Shown here: piece by piece, positions 16,661 to 30,952 of the stretch
How positions within the stretch are numbered: the first letter of the stretch is position 1
Layout of the letters: every line of letters starts with the position of its first letter
Assembly (NCBI RefSeq): GCF_009914755.1
Contig: NC_060926.1
From: the human T2T-CHM13v2.0 reference genome, Homo sapiens
Length of the DNA stretch: 64,000 nucleotides
Direction: 5' to 3' (one strand)
The notes under the pieces: generated by a model
The model's database searches: none
Told to the model about the DNA's origin: nothing
Seen by the model: only the letters and a program-made list of their open reading frames with translations
Program-made: the position numbers and the translations under genes

Positions 16661-19600
16661 AGTAGAAGTCCTGGGGCTCCACATCCCTAGGAGGCCCCTG
16701 CCTGGGGACTTCAGAGAGTGTGGTCAGCTGAAGGTATGTGTAGGGTGCTGTATTGTTGAATGAACACGCTCATTTTTTCTGGGGAGACAGCCCATAGCTT
16801 CCATTAGATTCCAAAGGGGTTGGCTCTACACTAGTGCTACTCAATAGCATGTACAGGAAGGGAGGTGTTTCTTTAGGAAATGAAGGAAAAGAGAAAATTA
16901 TGTGGGGTGAAGTCTTCTGGAAGAGTTTGCTCGATAGAAGAAGCAAGCTGCCACCCAACGTGAAGAATACTGGGAATCCGGGTTGGCTGAGAGAAGCCCT
17001 CCAGCTGAGGGGGTTGGGGGGGATTCTGAGTGTGAAGGGAACACAGAATACACATTGGGTGACCCCTCAATCCTCCAAAAACAGAGAATTTCTTCCTCAA
17101 GATTCATTTACTGTGCTAGTATTTTGAAATAGGTTATTCAATTTTTTTCCCCCAAATAGTCTAGAATATGGGTGTTTCTCTAGTCATTTTAGGAGTGGTA
17201 GCAATGCCTCTAAAGCCTGCCTGCACGCCCTTGCCAAGGGAGGCACTCATCTTTAAGGGGTGACAATTTTGGATGTACTCATGGTATTTTCTATGACCGC
17301 TTTCTTGGCTCTCAGTTCAAAACCACTTCTATGAGAGTTGGCTTTAAGGCTATTCAGTGGAAAACCATGACTCTCTTTAAGAAATAATTCTCTAGTCACA
17401 TTTCCAGTTTCAAAAAAAAAAAAAAAGAGAGAATTCATATATGCAGACACTGTTTTTCACTATTTGCAACTCTATTTTTGTTTAGAAGAAAAATAAGTTG
17501 ATAGCATTAGCTGCACTCCCAGAGTATAAAACCAAATGAAATCAAGCAGGGTTTATTTTAAAAAGAAGTGACTGTGGTTTATGGAGAAATTCATTTGTTT
17601 TCTATAAATAAGACATATCAAAGGAAGCAGGCCCAGGGAACAGGGCAGTGTGAATGATGACCTCTGCCTGTGTATACCAAAATTTCAATGCTCAACCTTC
17701 ATGAGTAGATCACAAGCTCCTAGGAGATTTCTTTCTTTGGTTATGACTATTTGAAAGGAGAATTCCTAAGCCAATGCTACTTTTTATCAATAATGAACAG
17801 AAGGTGAGAAAACAAATCAATACAACAGCAGCCCTACCAGGGTTTATTTTCTAACATTTTTTTAAAATCTAAGACAATAATACTCATCTCTAACAGATAA
17901 GAAGACCTCTATCAGAAGGGATAGATTTTCTTATCATTTTGAATGACCCAATACCTTCCAGAATCTATAATCTTTAGCCTCTCTGGTGCAAAGACTTGAA
18001 GAAATCGAAGACTCAGATTGCCTATAACAACATTTTGGGAATAAGGAAGTCCTGACTCATCCAATTTTTTTTTTGGCAACATAGCATTTAAACTACAGAC
18101 TGACCATGAATACACCAATAACATATATTTATATAATTTCACATCTTTGTCAAAGATGTGTCTGATTGCATTTATCTTCAGTATGAACATATGTCAAAGG
18201 GAGAAAAGTTATCATTGGACCCATTTTACGGGTATAAGAACTCCATGACCAGGTATAGTAAGTGTCCTTCCCAAGGTCCTCCAGATGGGTCCTGGACTTC
18301 ATAATATACAGGCCCCCTACATCCCCAAATTTAATCTGAATACACTCCATATTAGAACTGGGGTCATCTTTTTAAAGCTCTCATTTTACAAAAAAAGAAT
18401 GGGTCCAAGAATCCACAGCACATTAGGGTCAAAGAAGGGACTAGAAGAGAGATGTTGTGGCTCTCAATCTCATGCTCTCTCCATTAATACAAAGAGTAAA
18501 TGGGGCATCAAGTTCATTTTCTAAGACATGATGAACTCAGAATGCTCTTTGCTCCCTAATAAGGACACCCTCGCTGGTGGTCCAGAATAATTTTTTTTTT
18601 TGCACACTTCCCTTCCTTCTCAATTTGATTTTCCTGATTCATACCCTTGGCAGAGCTTGCCAGTATCCTGCAAATAGTCTCCAACTTGATCTTCCTGACA
18701 CCAGTCTTGTCTCCCTTCTACTCATTTCCATGCTGCCGGCAGAGCCATTTTCCTAATCACAAATCTGAGATACTACTTCCTTGCTTAACATGCTTCTGTG
18801 GCTCCCCAGTGCCTGTCGGACAGAATGCATTCAAATGAATGCACTGGGCACAGAACGCCTGGACCCCGCCCCCTCCACTCCAGCCTTGCCCTGCACATCC
18901 CATCCCTAGAGTGGCTCTGCTCTTGACTGCCTCAGGGCCCTTGCACATGCTGCTCTGTCTGCTTAACATTCTTAATGATCTGCAGGCCAGAGTGAGGAGG
19001 GTGCTTTATGTATTGCCATATTTTAATTTTTACAACAACCATATGAAATAGTTACTGCTATTATCCCAGTTTCAGAGATAAATAATCTTAAAGACTTAGA
19101 AACTTACTGCATCTCACCAGTGACAGATCAGGGTCACTGGAATCCCCTTCTATCTGACATCTAAGCACCAGCTCTTGGCAATTGCTTCCCCCACACTTCC
19201 TTTGAAGTAGGAGGGTGAAGATCAGGACCCTTGGAAGGACCCCCTGAGCCCTCCCTCCCCCTCTATTCTACACCAGTAAAAACAAAAGCCACTCTTCTGA
19301 GTGAGCTCCTCGTCTCTGCTCACCTAACATGTCTTGTGGGCCATGCAACAGTGCCTATCGCAGCAAACCATAATTACATACGCTTTCTCCTGTATCTCCC
19401 TGTCTTCTAGGGCAGGGCTGCTTTTACACTACCTTGTATTCCCAGCACTTAAGGACAGGACTAGCATGTAGTAAGCACTGAAAAATAAATCCTTAGGATT
19501 GTTCTGACTAGTGGTTCCCAAGCCCTCCAAGGCAAAATGAGAAAAACAAAGCCTACGTCATGAGCCTTTCAGAAAGTTATTCAAACACTTCTATGTTACA

Positions 19601-22600
19601 CGGTTTTTATTTATGTTGGAAAATGATGTTGTAATTATATCCTAAATATGCCAGGTTTATTTGGAAATGTTACTGGTTTTTGAAATCCTGAAGTCTAGGA
19701 ACACGCACCTGGGCTATGCCTTGTGTGGGGCTGGGAGCAGAGCTACAAGCGTGACCTGGCCTCTCACGTCGTCAGGCCAGCGCCTTCATCTGCACCTGCT
19801 ACCTCGCTTTGTTTTATCGTTAAGTCTGACCTTCTAGCTACTATGGGGCCCCAAGATTTCCCCAGCAGGGTAGAAGAAAACAGAGTAGAGGAAAACAGTC
19901 CAGTTTTGGCTTTAGGAATGTTTCTGGAGACTGGATGTGATTTTAGGAGGGCAATTAAGACAATCTACCTTTCAAGCTTATCAGCAAGGTTCAGAGTTGG
20001 AGAAATCCTGATGGGCAGCCAGGGCGGCCACTGTTGTCAGTGACATCAAAGGCTTGCAGATGTCCCACAGTGCTCTGCAAAGCCAGCAGCACTTCTGGCT
20101 CCTCCCAGCCATCGTCTGGCATCCAGTGGGTGTCCCAGGAGGAAGGGGCCCAGCCCTGACATGTCTAGTATTCAGATGACTCAGACACGCTTTCTCCTGG
20201 TCACCACAGAACCCCGTTTACAACATGTACACCATCTGACTGTTTTGAATTACAAGCAAAACAAACTACCCACTTCCATTTAATCATCAGCTTACAATAT
20301 ATCAATAGGTGGTGTTAAAAAATACTTCTCATCTAAAGGTACATTTCTTAAATGATATAAGCAGCTGTTTTTCTGGGGAAAAATATGCACCACTGGAATG
20401 AAGTAGCTCAGTTGATACATTCTGGGAGCCTGTATTTGCTAAGCCAGGTTAGCCATTTTAGATGGCGGGGCTGGGCTTGCACATCCCTGCTCCATCTGCC
20501 ATTTTTTGCAATGAAGTCATGAGGTTTTCTGTTCCATTGTCAAATGTATTGCCAAGAATCCAACAGACGATTTCATTCCGAGATGAAGGAAGAAAACTGA
20601 AGTGGAGTGAGTCTATTAAGCACTTTCATCTGACAATAAAAATGAGTTAATGGCTAAAGTGTGTTTTCAAAACGTTTTAACACTACAAGTAATGGCACTC
20701 AAATGAGAAAATGCCTTGAATATTCTCATCGATCATTAATACCATGGTGTCCCTCAAAAGGGCTTGGCATTCCCCATGGAATACAAGCTGCTAGAGTCCA
20801 GTTGTAAGGCAATTCACGGGAATTCTAAAAAAAAAAACCACGAAACCATTATGGAATTGAACAATTAAGTGCAGGTTTAAAATAGTTCTTTCAATATCTG
20901 AGTTCAGTTTTCTAAAATAGACTATTACCTCATCATAGCTAATTTTTCCATAAACATCAATAGTACAGCAGCAAAAAGTACCCAAGAAATGAGGGCAAAA
21001 TTAGATTCTTTTTTAGGGAATGAAAGTCAATGTGTCCCCCACTTTCAAATGCTAGTGACATGGAAGCAATCAAACTGGGCTCAGCTCCGGCCCAGGCCAC
21101 CGCTGGGAAGTCACTAGTGAATCTGTCCCCTTTCTCTTGGGAAATCAAGAACATGCTTATGAGGAAACTGCTTGAGACACCTGCTTCTTACCTAGGCAGG
21201 TGGACACTCTCAGCCTACCCAGGCCCGTTCTGCCTAATTTCAAATGGAAAGGTACCCCATGCAGGGCAAGGGGCCCCAGAGACCCAAGCACTCATCTTGG
21301 AGACACCATTCACTTAGTGTCATGTTGGGCAAGTTGCTCTTCCTCTCTTGGTTGGTTTCAACTCCAGTCTAGAAAGTAAAAGGGAACACCTAGAAGTTAT
21401 CTCAAATTTGGGCTGTTCTGATAGTGAATTCGCTTAAACAGGCTGTCAGTTTTTTGGATTACAAACCTCCTTTCTTCAGAATTCATTCTCAAGTATTTAA
21501 ATAAACAACAGCCAAGACCCTCTAACCCTCTGAGAGCAGAGCTGTAGGTGAAGGCTTGTCATGGGCACCGCTGAGCAACTTCTCCTTGCTGAGATACTTG
21601 GGACCCATCTCCTTCCTCATCTCTCACCTCTCTGGAAGTTCCTCCTCAAGTTTCTACTTTGTCCATCTGGCCTTTAAGTCTTGGTCTCCATGTTCTTTCT
21701 TCAGCCTTTTCTCATTCTCCCTGGTGTGACCCTTCTGACTCCAATTTCCACCCATAGGCAGATGACTCTCAACCTCTGGCTCTATATTAGACTTCTGTCC
21801 CCAGCTCCAGGCCCATCAATCCAAGTGAATGTCCCACAAGCATAGCCATTCGGGGAAGGCCATAGAAACCTCACTTTCCACTCTTTCCAAAATCTTCTCC
21901 TCTTCCCTCACCCAACAAAAAGCATTATTATCCTCCCAGTGTCATAACCAGAGCCCTGGGCACCACCTGAGATTTCTCTACCTGCTGTACCCCTTGATCC
22001 ACTCTCCCACCAAACTCTCTCCATGTCTCCCTTAGATCCATTCCTCTTCCCGATGCCCTTCTCTTGGGTGTCCTCCTCCTTTCTCTCTCTCCAGTCTCTC
22101 TCTCTCCTCCTCCCACTCTTATATTGGATACTTGAGACCCCTGGGATCATTCACCAGTCTCTGAACATGTTACAGGGAATGTCACATATACAACTAATTC
22201 TGGGGAATTAAATCTCTTCCATTCCTGTTGTCTTACAATATAACTAAAAAAAAAAAAAAACAAAATGAAAAAGAGGCCTTCTCCTTTTCCCTGCCCAGCT
22301 TTCATTCCACAGGCAACTGTGTCACACATTTGTTCTTGAAGTTTATCTGCCTCCATAGTTCTCTGGCAGGTGGTAAAATACAACCTATCAGGTCAAGGGA
22401 CCAGGAGGCGAGTCCTGATGAAAATGGTCCTTCTGGGAAGCAAAAGGCCCTGCAGAATTCGATGGCCCCAGGACCTTGGGATGACTCGACATCTAAGAAG
22501 GTTTTCAGATGTTGAGTTTTCTTAAACTGGAGCTCATCTGGGTACCAAAGGAGGCTTTGGATGTGACATGTCAAAGCAAAGGAGCAAAGGAAATTTGCTC

Positions 22601-23291
22601 CCAGGTCAAATTTATTTTGGGAAGTGCAGGGGGATATAAAAAATTATGTTGGTACCGAAACAAAAAAAAATCCAATAAAAGCCATCACATACAAAAAACC
22701 TGAAGAATATGAGGCCAAGAGAGATTAGCATGCTCCGTGAAATCTCAAGCATCAAGAATGTCCAAAGTGTTGAAACTTCACTTGAAATCTCAGAGACAGG
22801 TGCGGCTCTGCCTTTGTTTCCAGCTTCTGAAAGGAGCAATTGCCCTTGTTTCAACGTACTCATCATTGCAAACAAAACTAACATGTTAAAATAAAAGCCC
22901 TGGCTTGGTACCCGAGCAAGCTGTGCAGACGGTCAACCTAAGGCTGGGACAGGAAAGGTGGATGAGGTGAGAGTCTGCAGAGTGGTGGGAGGTGGGCCTG
23001 TCAGGCAGGGAGGGGCGGGTGGGGGGTGCTACTTCCTGAGACAGAATCCAGGGAGCAAATAGAATACAGAGTTAGCTGAGTCGACGAAGTTAGCCATGGT
23101 TAGCATAAACGCCTGCTAAGCTGGCTGTCAAATAAAGCTGGGTAAATTTTTTACTTGGTATGCAAGGCTATAAGCCTGGCTTAGAGCTCTCTTTCAAGAT
23201 TCCGCCCCTCTGCTGAAGCTACTCTGATCACTCTGTACATAAGCCACACCAGAATATGACAGTGGAAGGGCTCCTGCCTCCTTGCTTCTGC

Positions 23292-23595
23292 CTTTTTTCT
23301 TTTTTTTAGATGGAGTCTGCTCTGTCATCTAGGCTGGAGTGCAATGGCACTATCTTGGCTCACTGCAACCTCTGCCTCCCAGGTTCCCGGGTTCAAGCGA
23401 TTCTCCTGCCTTAGCCTCCCAAGCAGGTGGGATTACAGGTGTGTGCCACCACACCTGGCTAATTTTCGTATTTTTAGTAGAGACAGGGTTTCACCATCTT
23501 GGTCAGGCTGGTCTTGCACTCTTGGCCTCAAGTAATCCACCTGCCTAGGCCTCCCAAAGTGCTGGGATTACAGGTGTGAGCCAGAGTGCCCGGTC
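23292..23595 (-). mobile_element. Alu (old S/Jb-like) with an internal 8-nt duplication
   Basis: Full dimer; cccaggttcccgggtt duplication; TSD cttgc(t/c)tctg at 23281-23290 and 23596-23605. Confidence 0.93.
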
Positions 23596-23999
23596 CTTGC
23601 CTCTGTTTTCTTGCTCATACTGTTCCTTTTGCCTTGAACGCCTAAAGACGGCCTATCGTTTCTCCCAGTAACCTCCTCCCCAAACCCCAGGCATAAGTAA
23701 GCACCTTTGCTGTTGTGGATTCTTGCAGGGGCTATCTCTGACTGGCTGTCAGGGTTTTAGCCATTTCAACCACTCCTCCTCACTCCTCCCCGCCCAACCA
23801 CCAAGCAGGGTCCCACACATCGCATTATTCATTTATGGCCACTGAGATGGATGGGAAGGACTGGATAAGTAGTCACTACCCAGCAACAACAACAAAGACA
23901 TCACCCACACAGACTGAGCAGAGAAAACAGTCATTGGTGAGAGAAACGGGTCTGAGAAAAATAAGCATTTCCCCAAATATAAACACTTTTGGGTGATTA

Positions 24000-24135
24000 G
24001 CCCTTTTGTTTTAGGACCAGAGACTACTTTGAAAATCTAATGAAAACTGGCTTTCTCAGAAAAATGCACACATGCAGACTGATACACTTTCAGGAGGTAA
24101 AATAAATACACGGAAGCCCAGAAACGAGGGAATCC
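24000..24135. mobile_element. hAT-Charlie-like fragment (subfamily uncertain)
   Basis: tttga.aatct.atgaaa..cagaaaaatgcaca motif. Confidence 0.4.
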
Positions 24136-25789
24136 CTCATCTATTTTAAGATCGCAAATTTCAGTTTATAGATGGCCAAGTGGAATGAGGACGGCGTTTT
24201 GTAGTGTGGACCACGGACTAAGCTACTCTAAAAAGGAAAGGGAATCATTTCATGGAAACAGCATGAGCTTTGGAGACGTTGGGAGAGTCATTGGACTCTT
24301 TTGAATCTGAGTTTCCCTTGTTAGTAAAATGCAAATCAAAATATTCCCTTTTTAGTATTGTTACTAAGTAAGTAAGATAATGCAGGTAGAAGTTCTTAGT
24401 GTAGCATCTGGCATGCAGTAGGTCCTAACAAATAAGTATCTGCGCCCCCTGCCTTGCATTTCAAAAATTGCAACCACAGCGCAAACAAGTCATTGCCCTT
24501 TTAGCAATAAATCCTGCACTGTTGCTTTGGAGCTGGAGAAGAAAGCCGACTCAGACCACCACGTCAGTGAAGAGGTGAAGCTGGGTCCTGAACTGCTGCT
24601 GCGATGGGATCATTCACATGGCTATTAATCATACAAGAGCCCATTTATGACAAACGCAGGTCACTCCCTTTGCATGACAAGGCACATGGGTCCACAGAGC
24701 CCCATTATCCAAAAAAAAACACAGAGCATTGTGGGCGATGCAGGCGAAGGCGAGTGCACACACACAAGCGGACATTGTAAGGCTGTTTGCACAACCCCGC
24801 CGTGCTCCTCGCGGATTTCCTGCCAAGGAGACATTTAGATCTCACAGAGGCGGCTGCAGACATCTGCTCATTCAACATGGCTTCAGGCAGTGGCTGCGGA
24901 AACCCGGTGCATGGTACCCTCTGCTGGTCATCTCTGGAACTGCGGGCCAGGGATACCGGGGATAAAGCACACAAGGGGGACCCCTGGGGCCCCAGGCTCT
25001 TCTCTCCCTCCCTTGTCTAAAGAGTACAGTACAATAGGCATGAGCTTTTTTGTCTGAAAAGTCTGACATTAAATATCAACATCTCAATTGTAACATGGAT
25101 TAGCCAGAAGACCCTGGGCATGTCATCTCACCCCTCCTCAGACCTCAGCTTCTAGCTGGAGACCACATGTTTCTACCACGGGACCCTTGCACTTGCTAGT
25201 CCTTCTGCCTGGAATGTTTTTCCACAATCTGCATAGATTTTCTTTGTATATTCATTCGGGATTTATTTTTCAGTGGAGTTCAACCTAACAGTTTTGTCCA
25301 AAATACTATTTTACTCCCACTCCCCAGTAACTCTGCTTTTCTTTTAAGTATATATCATCATTTATTTATGTGCCCTCAACTCCTAGAATAGGGCCTGACA
25401 CATAGAAGGAATGCCATACATATATGTGGAATAAATAAGGACATCTTCCATGACTCCCCTGTCACTTCTCCTCCTAAAACAAAACGTATGCTTCTTCCTC
25501 CATATTACAGGGGAAAAGAGGTTCTCAGATCAACCTGATATTTTATTCACACACTCTTACTGGTCAGAGAATCTACTACTGTGTAGTATCCAGAACGGTT
25601 TCCAGGCCTCTGAGTGTGGTCTGCCCAGAAGGACTGCATCTCGCTTCCATCTGGACACTAAACCTCTACTGAGGTAACCCAAGATGGTACTCAGGGATTT
25701 TGGCAGACAGAGCATATTGCCAATATGTACTGATTTACAGCCAACAAAAAATGCAATTGAGTACTTACTGCTTACTTAGTAAGATGAAT

Positions 25790-26030
25790 AATAATAATAA
25801 CTTCCACAGACTGTGCATATATTCTGTGCTAGGCATTGTGCTAAATACATATAGTGTCATCTTTAATGCCAAAAGCAAACTCAAGATTCTGTGCTACTAC
25901 CATCTCCCTTTTAGAAACGAGAACACTGAAGCAAGTGAGTAACTTGCCTAGGGTAACTCAGTTAATCACCAGCAGAACTGGAATTTAAACACAGCCCATC
26001 ATACCAGAAAACTCACAGTCTAAGCCACTA
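25790..26030 (-). mobile_element. MIR (approximate)
   Basis: ctgtgctaggcattgtgctaa..actgaagc..gtaacttgccta. Confidence 0.6.
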
Positions 26031-26592
26031 TGTTATTTTGTCGAATACTCCTGCACTATTATTAGATGTTTTTGGGAAACAGAAAATGGCTTAAGACATG
26101 GCCTGTGGCCTCTGGTCAGGGCAAGAGGGCTGTGGAAACTCATAGCAAATTGTGTCTCATTTCTAATTAACTTATTAGCACATGGTTTGGCATTAGGTTG
26201 CCTGAATACATTTTTGTGAATTGTTGACATTCTCATTGTATAAAATCCTAGAATGCTGGAACAGGGAGAAGTGTCCCTGATCCAGCCCAGTGGCCCAGTC
26301 CTGTTCAGGTACAGATGATAAAGTTGAGACTCAAAAATCCCAAGGCTTCGGCAGCCTATGTGTACTGCCCCATGTAGTTGGAACACATGATAAACTTCTG
26401 TAAAGTTCCTAGAAATTACAAGCATAACCAAAATTTCTGTAGAGTTGGCAAAACTGTATAGGCTCTGCTTAGTTACCTAACTACCCACATTTCACTTCCC
26501 ATTTTATTCAATTCTGCTGATCCTCCCTCTATCCATCACCCCTCATCATCCTTGGCACTTGCCTCAAAAATAGGATTGACTTCTTTTAGTCC

Positions 26593-26596
<4 letters not shown>

Positions 26597-26634
<38 letters not shown>
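26597..26634. repeat. (AT)19 microsatellite
   Basis: Direct reading of the sequence. Confidence 0.97.
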
Positions 26635-26636
<2 letters not shown>

Positions 26637-26774
26637 TGTATATCTTGCATATATTTCTATCAAAAATGTAATATTTACACCTATCTGTTGAACTTCTTGA
26701 GGACAGGTGTTAATCATCAATCCATCCCCTGTATCTAGCACAGTTCTTAATACAGCATTGAAATCTGGTGACTA

Positions 26775-27090
<316 letters not shown>

Positions 27091-27966
27091 TCAAAGAAAT
27101 AAATACATGAGCATTGCTCTTTTTAGAGAATAGGGCTAAATAAAACATGGCTCTTGCAGTAAGGACCAGTAAGGATGAGAATCTGCATTCAAAGACAACT
27201 ATAATGGGGAGGAAGACTCTAGTGAGGACTGTGATCTGGGTAAAGGCAAAGTGTTTGGGGAAAGGAGTCTAAAAGAGGAGGTGCCTCATCTGGACTAGAA
27301 TAGTCTGGGAGGGTTTCCTGCAGAAAGGGGCTGTAGCTCGAGGTGGAGGAGAGGGAGAAACTCCCAGTGAACATCCCACTGCCAAGACGCCTGTGAGGTG
27401 TGAAGAAAGGAGCCCAACGTCCTTCACTTTGGGATCTGCTGAGATCACACGTACTGGGCGGAGGGGCGGAGGTGGGGGGGTGGTGGTGGAGGTTGGACAT
27501 GAGGGGTCTCTGGAGTGGCAGCTGTCACAGGGTTGGCTTTAAGATCTGTGAAAGCCAAGCCATTGCCAGCTCCCAGTCTTCTGGTTATGTTGAAGTAGTG
27601 GGACCAGATTTCCTGGGTGGCTCTTAAGCCTGCTCTGAAAGTAGTTTCCTGCCAGGCCACGATGCCTGTCCCAGTCCTGCAGGGGGGACTCCTTGCCCTC
27701 TGCACCTTGTGCCACAGCCCCCTGTGTCCTCTCTCCCACCACATTTCCACATTCCTGGTCACTCCTGCTTACCTGCCTGTCTCTCCTCCTAGGAGGTGAA
27801 GACCCCCTGGATGGGAACTGGAACTTACTTGTGATTGAATCCACAGCAAGCCACCCAGGGAATGTGTGTGGCTGAATGCATGAAAGAATGAGTGAAGAAT
27901 GATAGTGTGAAGGCCACAATCAGAATCCAAGTTCTTCCAGCCTGAGGTCCTTCCAGGCAACTACTT

Positions 27967-28110
27967 AGAAAGAAAGAGGGAAGGAAAGGAGGGCATGTGG
28001 ATGGGAGGGGGGAAAAGGGTGAGAGGATAGGAAGAAGGAAGGAAGGAAGGAAATAAGGAAGAAAGAGAAAAGGAGGAAAAAAGAGGGTGGGATGAAGGGA
28101 GGGGAGGAAT
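27967..28110. repeat. Purine-rich (GA) low-complexity tract
   Basis: About 140 bp of mostly A/G on the plus strand. Confidence 0.85.
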
Positions 28111-28485
28111 AAAAATGGTTCCACCATGGTGACACTCATTTTAATAAAGATATAGCTAAAGATCTCATGCTATGCTTGAAAGTTAAAAGAAAGATAATTT
28201 GAGTCAACAAGAAAAGTGAAATATGTCCTCAATGATGCACAAATTAACTTCTAAAAAAGACAGCAGGATTTGAGAAGAGCCTGCCACCCACTGCTAGGAT
28301 GTGATGGCCAGAGACTTACTTTCATGATGACAAGCCTGCAGAACCATCTCTGCTCTGGCCTCTGAAGCAGCCAATCAGCTGCAGGAGGCTGAGCTGCGTG
28401 AGAAGTCCAACTTCAAGGATAGATGCTGCAAAATAGCAATGTCTCCCCACCAAGCGGAGGTGGATGCTCATTTTATGGAACTTCT

Positions 28486-28849
28486 TGATATGGTCTGACT
28501 CTGTCCCCACCCAAAATCTCATCTGGAATTGTAGGTCCCATAATCCCGACATGTCGTGGGAGGGACCTGGTGGGAGGTAATTGAATCATGGTGGCACTTC
28601 CCCCCCATACTGTTCTCATGGTAGTGAATGTGTCTCATGAGATCTGATGGTTTTATAAATGGGAGTTCCCCCGCACAAGCTTTCTTGCCTGCTACCGTGT
28701 AAGATGTGACTTTGCTCCTCATTCGTCTTCCTCCTTGACTGTGAGGCCTCCACAGCCATGTGGAACTGTGAGTCAATTAAACCTCTTTCCTTTGTAAATT
28801 ACCCAGTCTTGGGTATGTCTTTCTAGCAGCGTGAGAATGAACTAGTACA
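28486..28849 (+). mobile_element. THE1 (B/C-like) MaLR solo LTR
   Basis: TGATATGG...CTAGTACA termini; TSD cttct/ctcct (4/5); clearly homologous to 3285-3637. Confidence 0.92.
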
Positions 28850-30804
28850 CTCCTTTAAGTCAAAATTCCAGCTGAAGGAATTTCGAAGAATGCTGAAGGC
28901 TGGGAGACTTCCATGCATTTTCAGGAGTGCATTTTCAGGTATTTACTGCCTCCACCTCTGGGCAGGAGAGCCAGCGGGTAGTGCTGTCCCAGGGGAGGAC
29001 ATGATTCTCTTCAGTCCCTTTTCATAATGCATACCTGAGCAGACACAGAGGACCCTGACACTGAAATCCCAAGGACACTCATTCCCCTGCTTTCAAAAGG
29101 CCTTCATCTAAATCAAATTCTCATGATCCGATAACTACACTAACAGCAGCCATTCGCTGAGTGTCAGCCCTGCACTCGATGCTATGCTAAGCGCTACATG
29201 CAAATGCCCTCATTTAATTCTCACAATTACCCTCCAGTAGGTTAGTTTGAAGAGTTACTATATTGTATATTTCTGCTAAATTGGAGAGCTTTTCTCTGGG
29301 CAAATGCAAGAGCTTGCAGTTAAGTACCTTATCCACTAAGGGGCATTATCATCTCACATTAAAAATACCAGACCTGGTCAGGTAGGTACCGAACACAAAT
29401 GCAGAAATTTGTGAAAAAAGGACAAAGCAGAAGTATCAAGTTCAACATCCTGAATATTTTCTAAACGTGATTCCACTCATTTGTAAAAAGTGTTTAAACT
29501 CACAGTTGTAGTAGCCAACGCTTACTTAATGTAGTAACTCAATTGCTGCTTCAAGGTCATTTCAAAAGCATCTGTCTTGACCACTTTGCCAGAAAACGGG
29601 GCTATGACATTTGAGAAGGAAACGTGAATAGACTTAGCCATTTGGCTTAGTAATTATCCTCTCCAGCCCCTTCAACTAGTTTCTTAAGTCACGTTTTCCA
29701 CTGAGGAAAACATCTGTGTTGTGGCTGAATCAACTTCACTCAAGTTAAGGGTAAAAAGAAAGGTTGGAATCCTACCACAAGCTTATCAGAATGAGTTTCT
29801 ATAACTCATTTAAACAAAACCCCCACTTAAAATTATATTTTGAGTCAGAAAATACTCTGGAAATGGAAATGCACATAGTTGAAGACCCTCAATTCATGAT
29901 CTGTACCCCCGAGCCTGCTTTTATGGACAGATGGGAGATGGACAAAGGTACAAGTTGCTCCCATGGAGGATGTCCCTGCAGGAAATCTGCAATCCACAAG
30001 AGAAGGCAGCAAAGTCCTCATGGAACTTCCCTGTTTAGATTGATAAGCCAAGACCACAATTAAACCAAACAAACAAACGCACAAAGTTTATCTCTGAATT
30101 TCTGTGTAAGCCCAGCCTGGCTCCTGATGACTCAGCGATGCTCTATCCTGATTTAAACTTTCCCCTGTCGTCGGGGTTCCCAGGCTGCTGTCTGTGGCCA
30201 CACAGTCCTCTACATTCGAACGCTTTGCCTTTCACCCTCTGGAGAGCCTGCAAGCCTCCCAGACAGATCAAGCACTGTTTGGGCTATTTCTTCATTCCAC
30301 TTGAAGACAGCAAATTGTGATTCCAACATGAGGTCTGAGTTGCTCCCCAGCTCATATCATCTGACAACCCAGCTCAGCTACACAAAATAATCTCAGGTCC
30401 TCTGGTACTCAGTGGAAGATGGAAAATACACTGAGACGGAGCGTAGAGACACCCGGTCACCTGCCACGTAGCAGCTGTATGGCCTTGGCAAGGTGCCACA
30501 TCCCTCTCCACAGCTGCCTTTTCTTGAATGCCTACTGGATGCCAAGCTCTTTGCTGGCTCTTACTCATCTTCAAAATCTCTCTGCAGAGTAGTGCCTTTA
30601 GATAAGGAAACTGCGGCACAGCAAGATTCTGGAACTCATGAAGACCATTCCCTTCTGTGTGACTCCATTAGATGGACTGGATCAGGCTCCAAACAGGAGC
30701 CAGTAGTTCTTGTCCATAAAGGAGCTCTGGCAATGAATTCTGCATAAATTGCTTCTAACCATGAAATACAAAATGGCTTATTGTTTTTTCTTTGAGTTTT
30801 CTAG

Positions 30805-30952
30805 GCTCTTACTGCTCTGAGCATGGTCTGGAGACTGGCACCCACCTGGGAGCTTATTACAAATGCAGTCTCTCAAGCCCCACCTCAGAACTGCTGAACG
30901 CAAGTCTATGTTTTAATCGAATCCTCAGTGTCCTCAAGTTTGAGAACCACTG
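30805..30952. mobile_element. MER5A-like hAT-Charlie fossil
   Basis: cacctgggagctt..aaatgcag..ccccacc..agtttgagaaccactg motifs. Confidence 0.75.
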
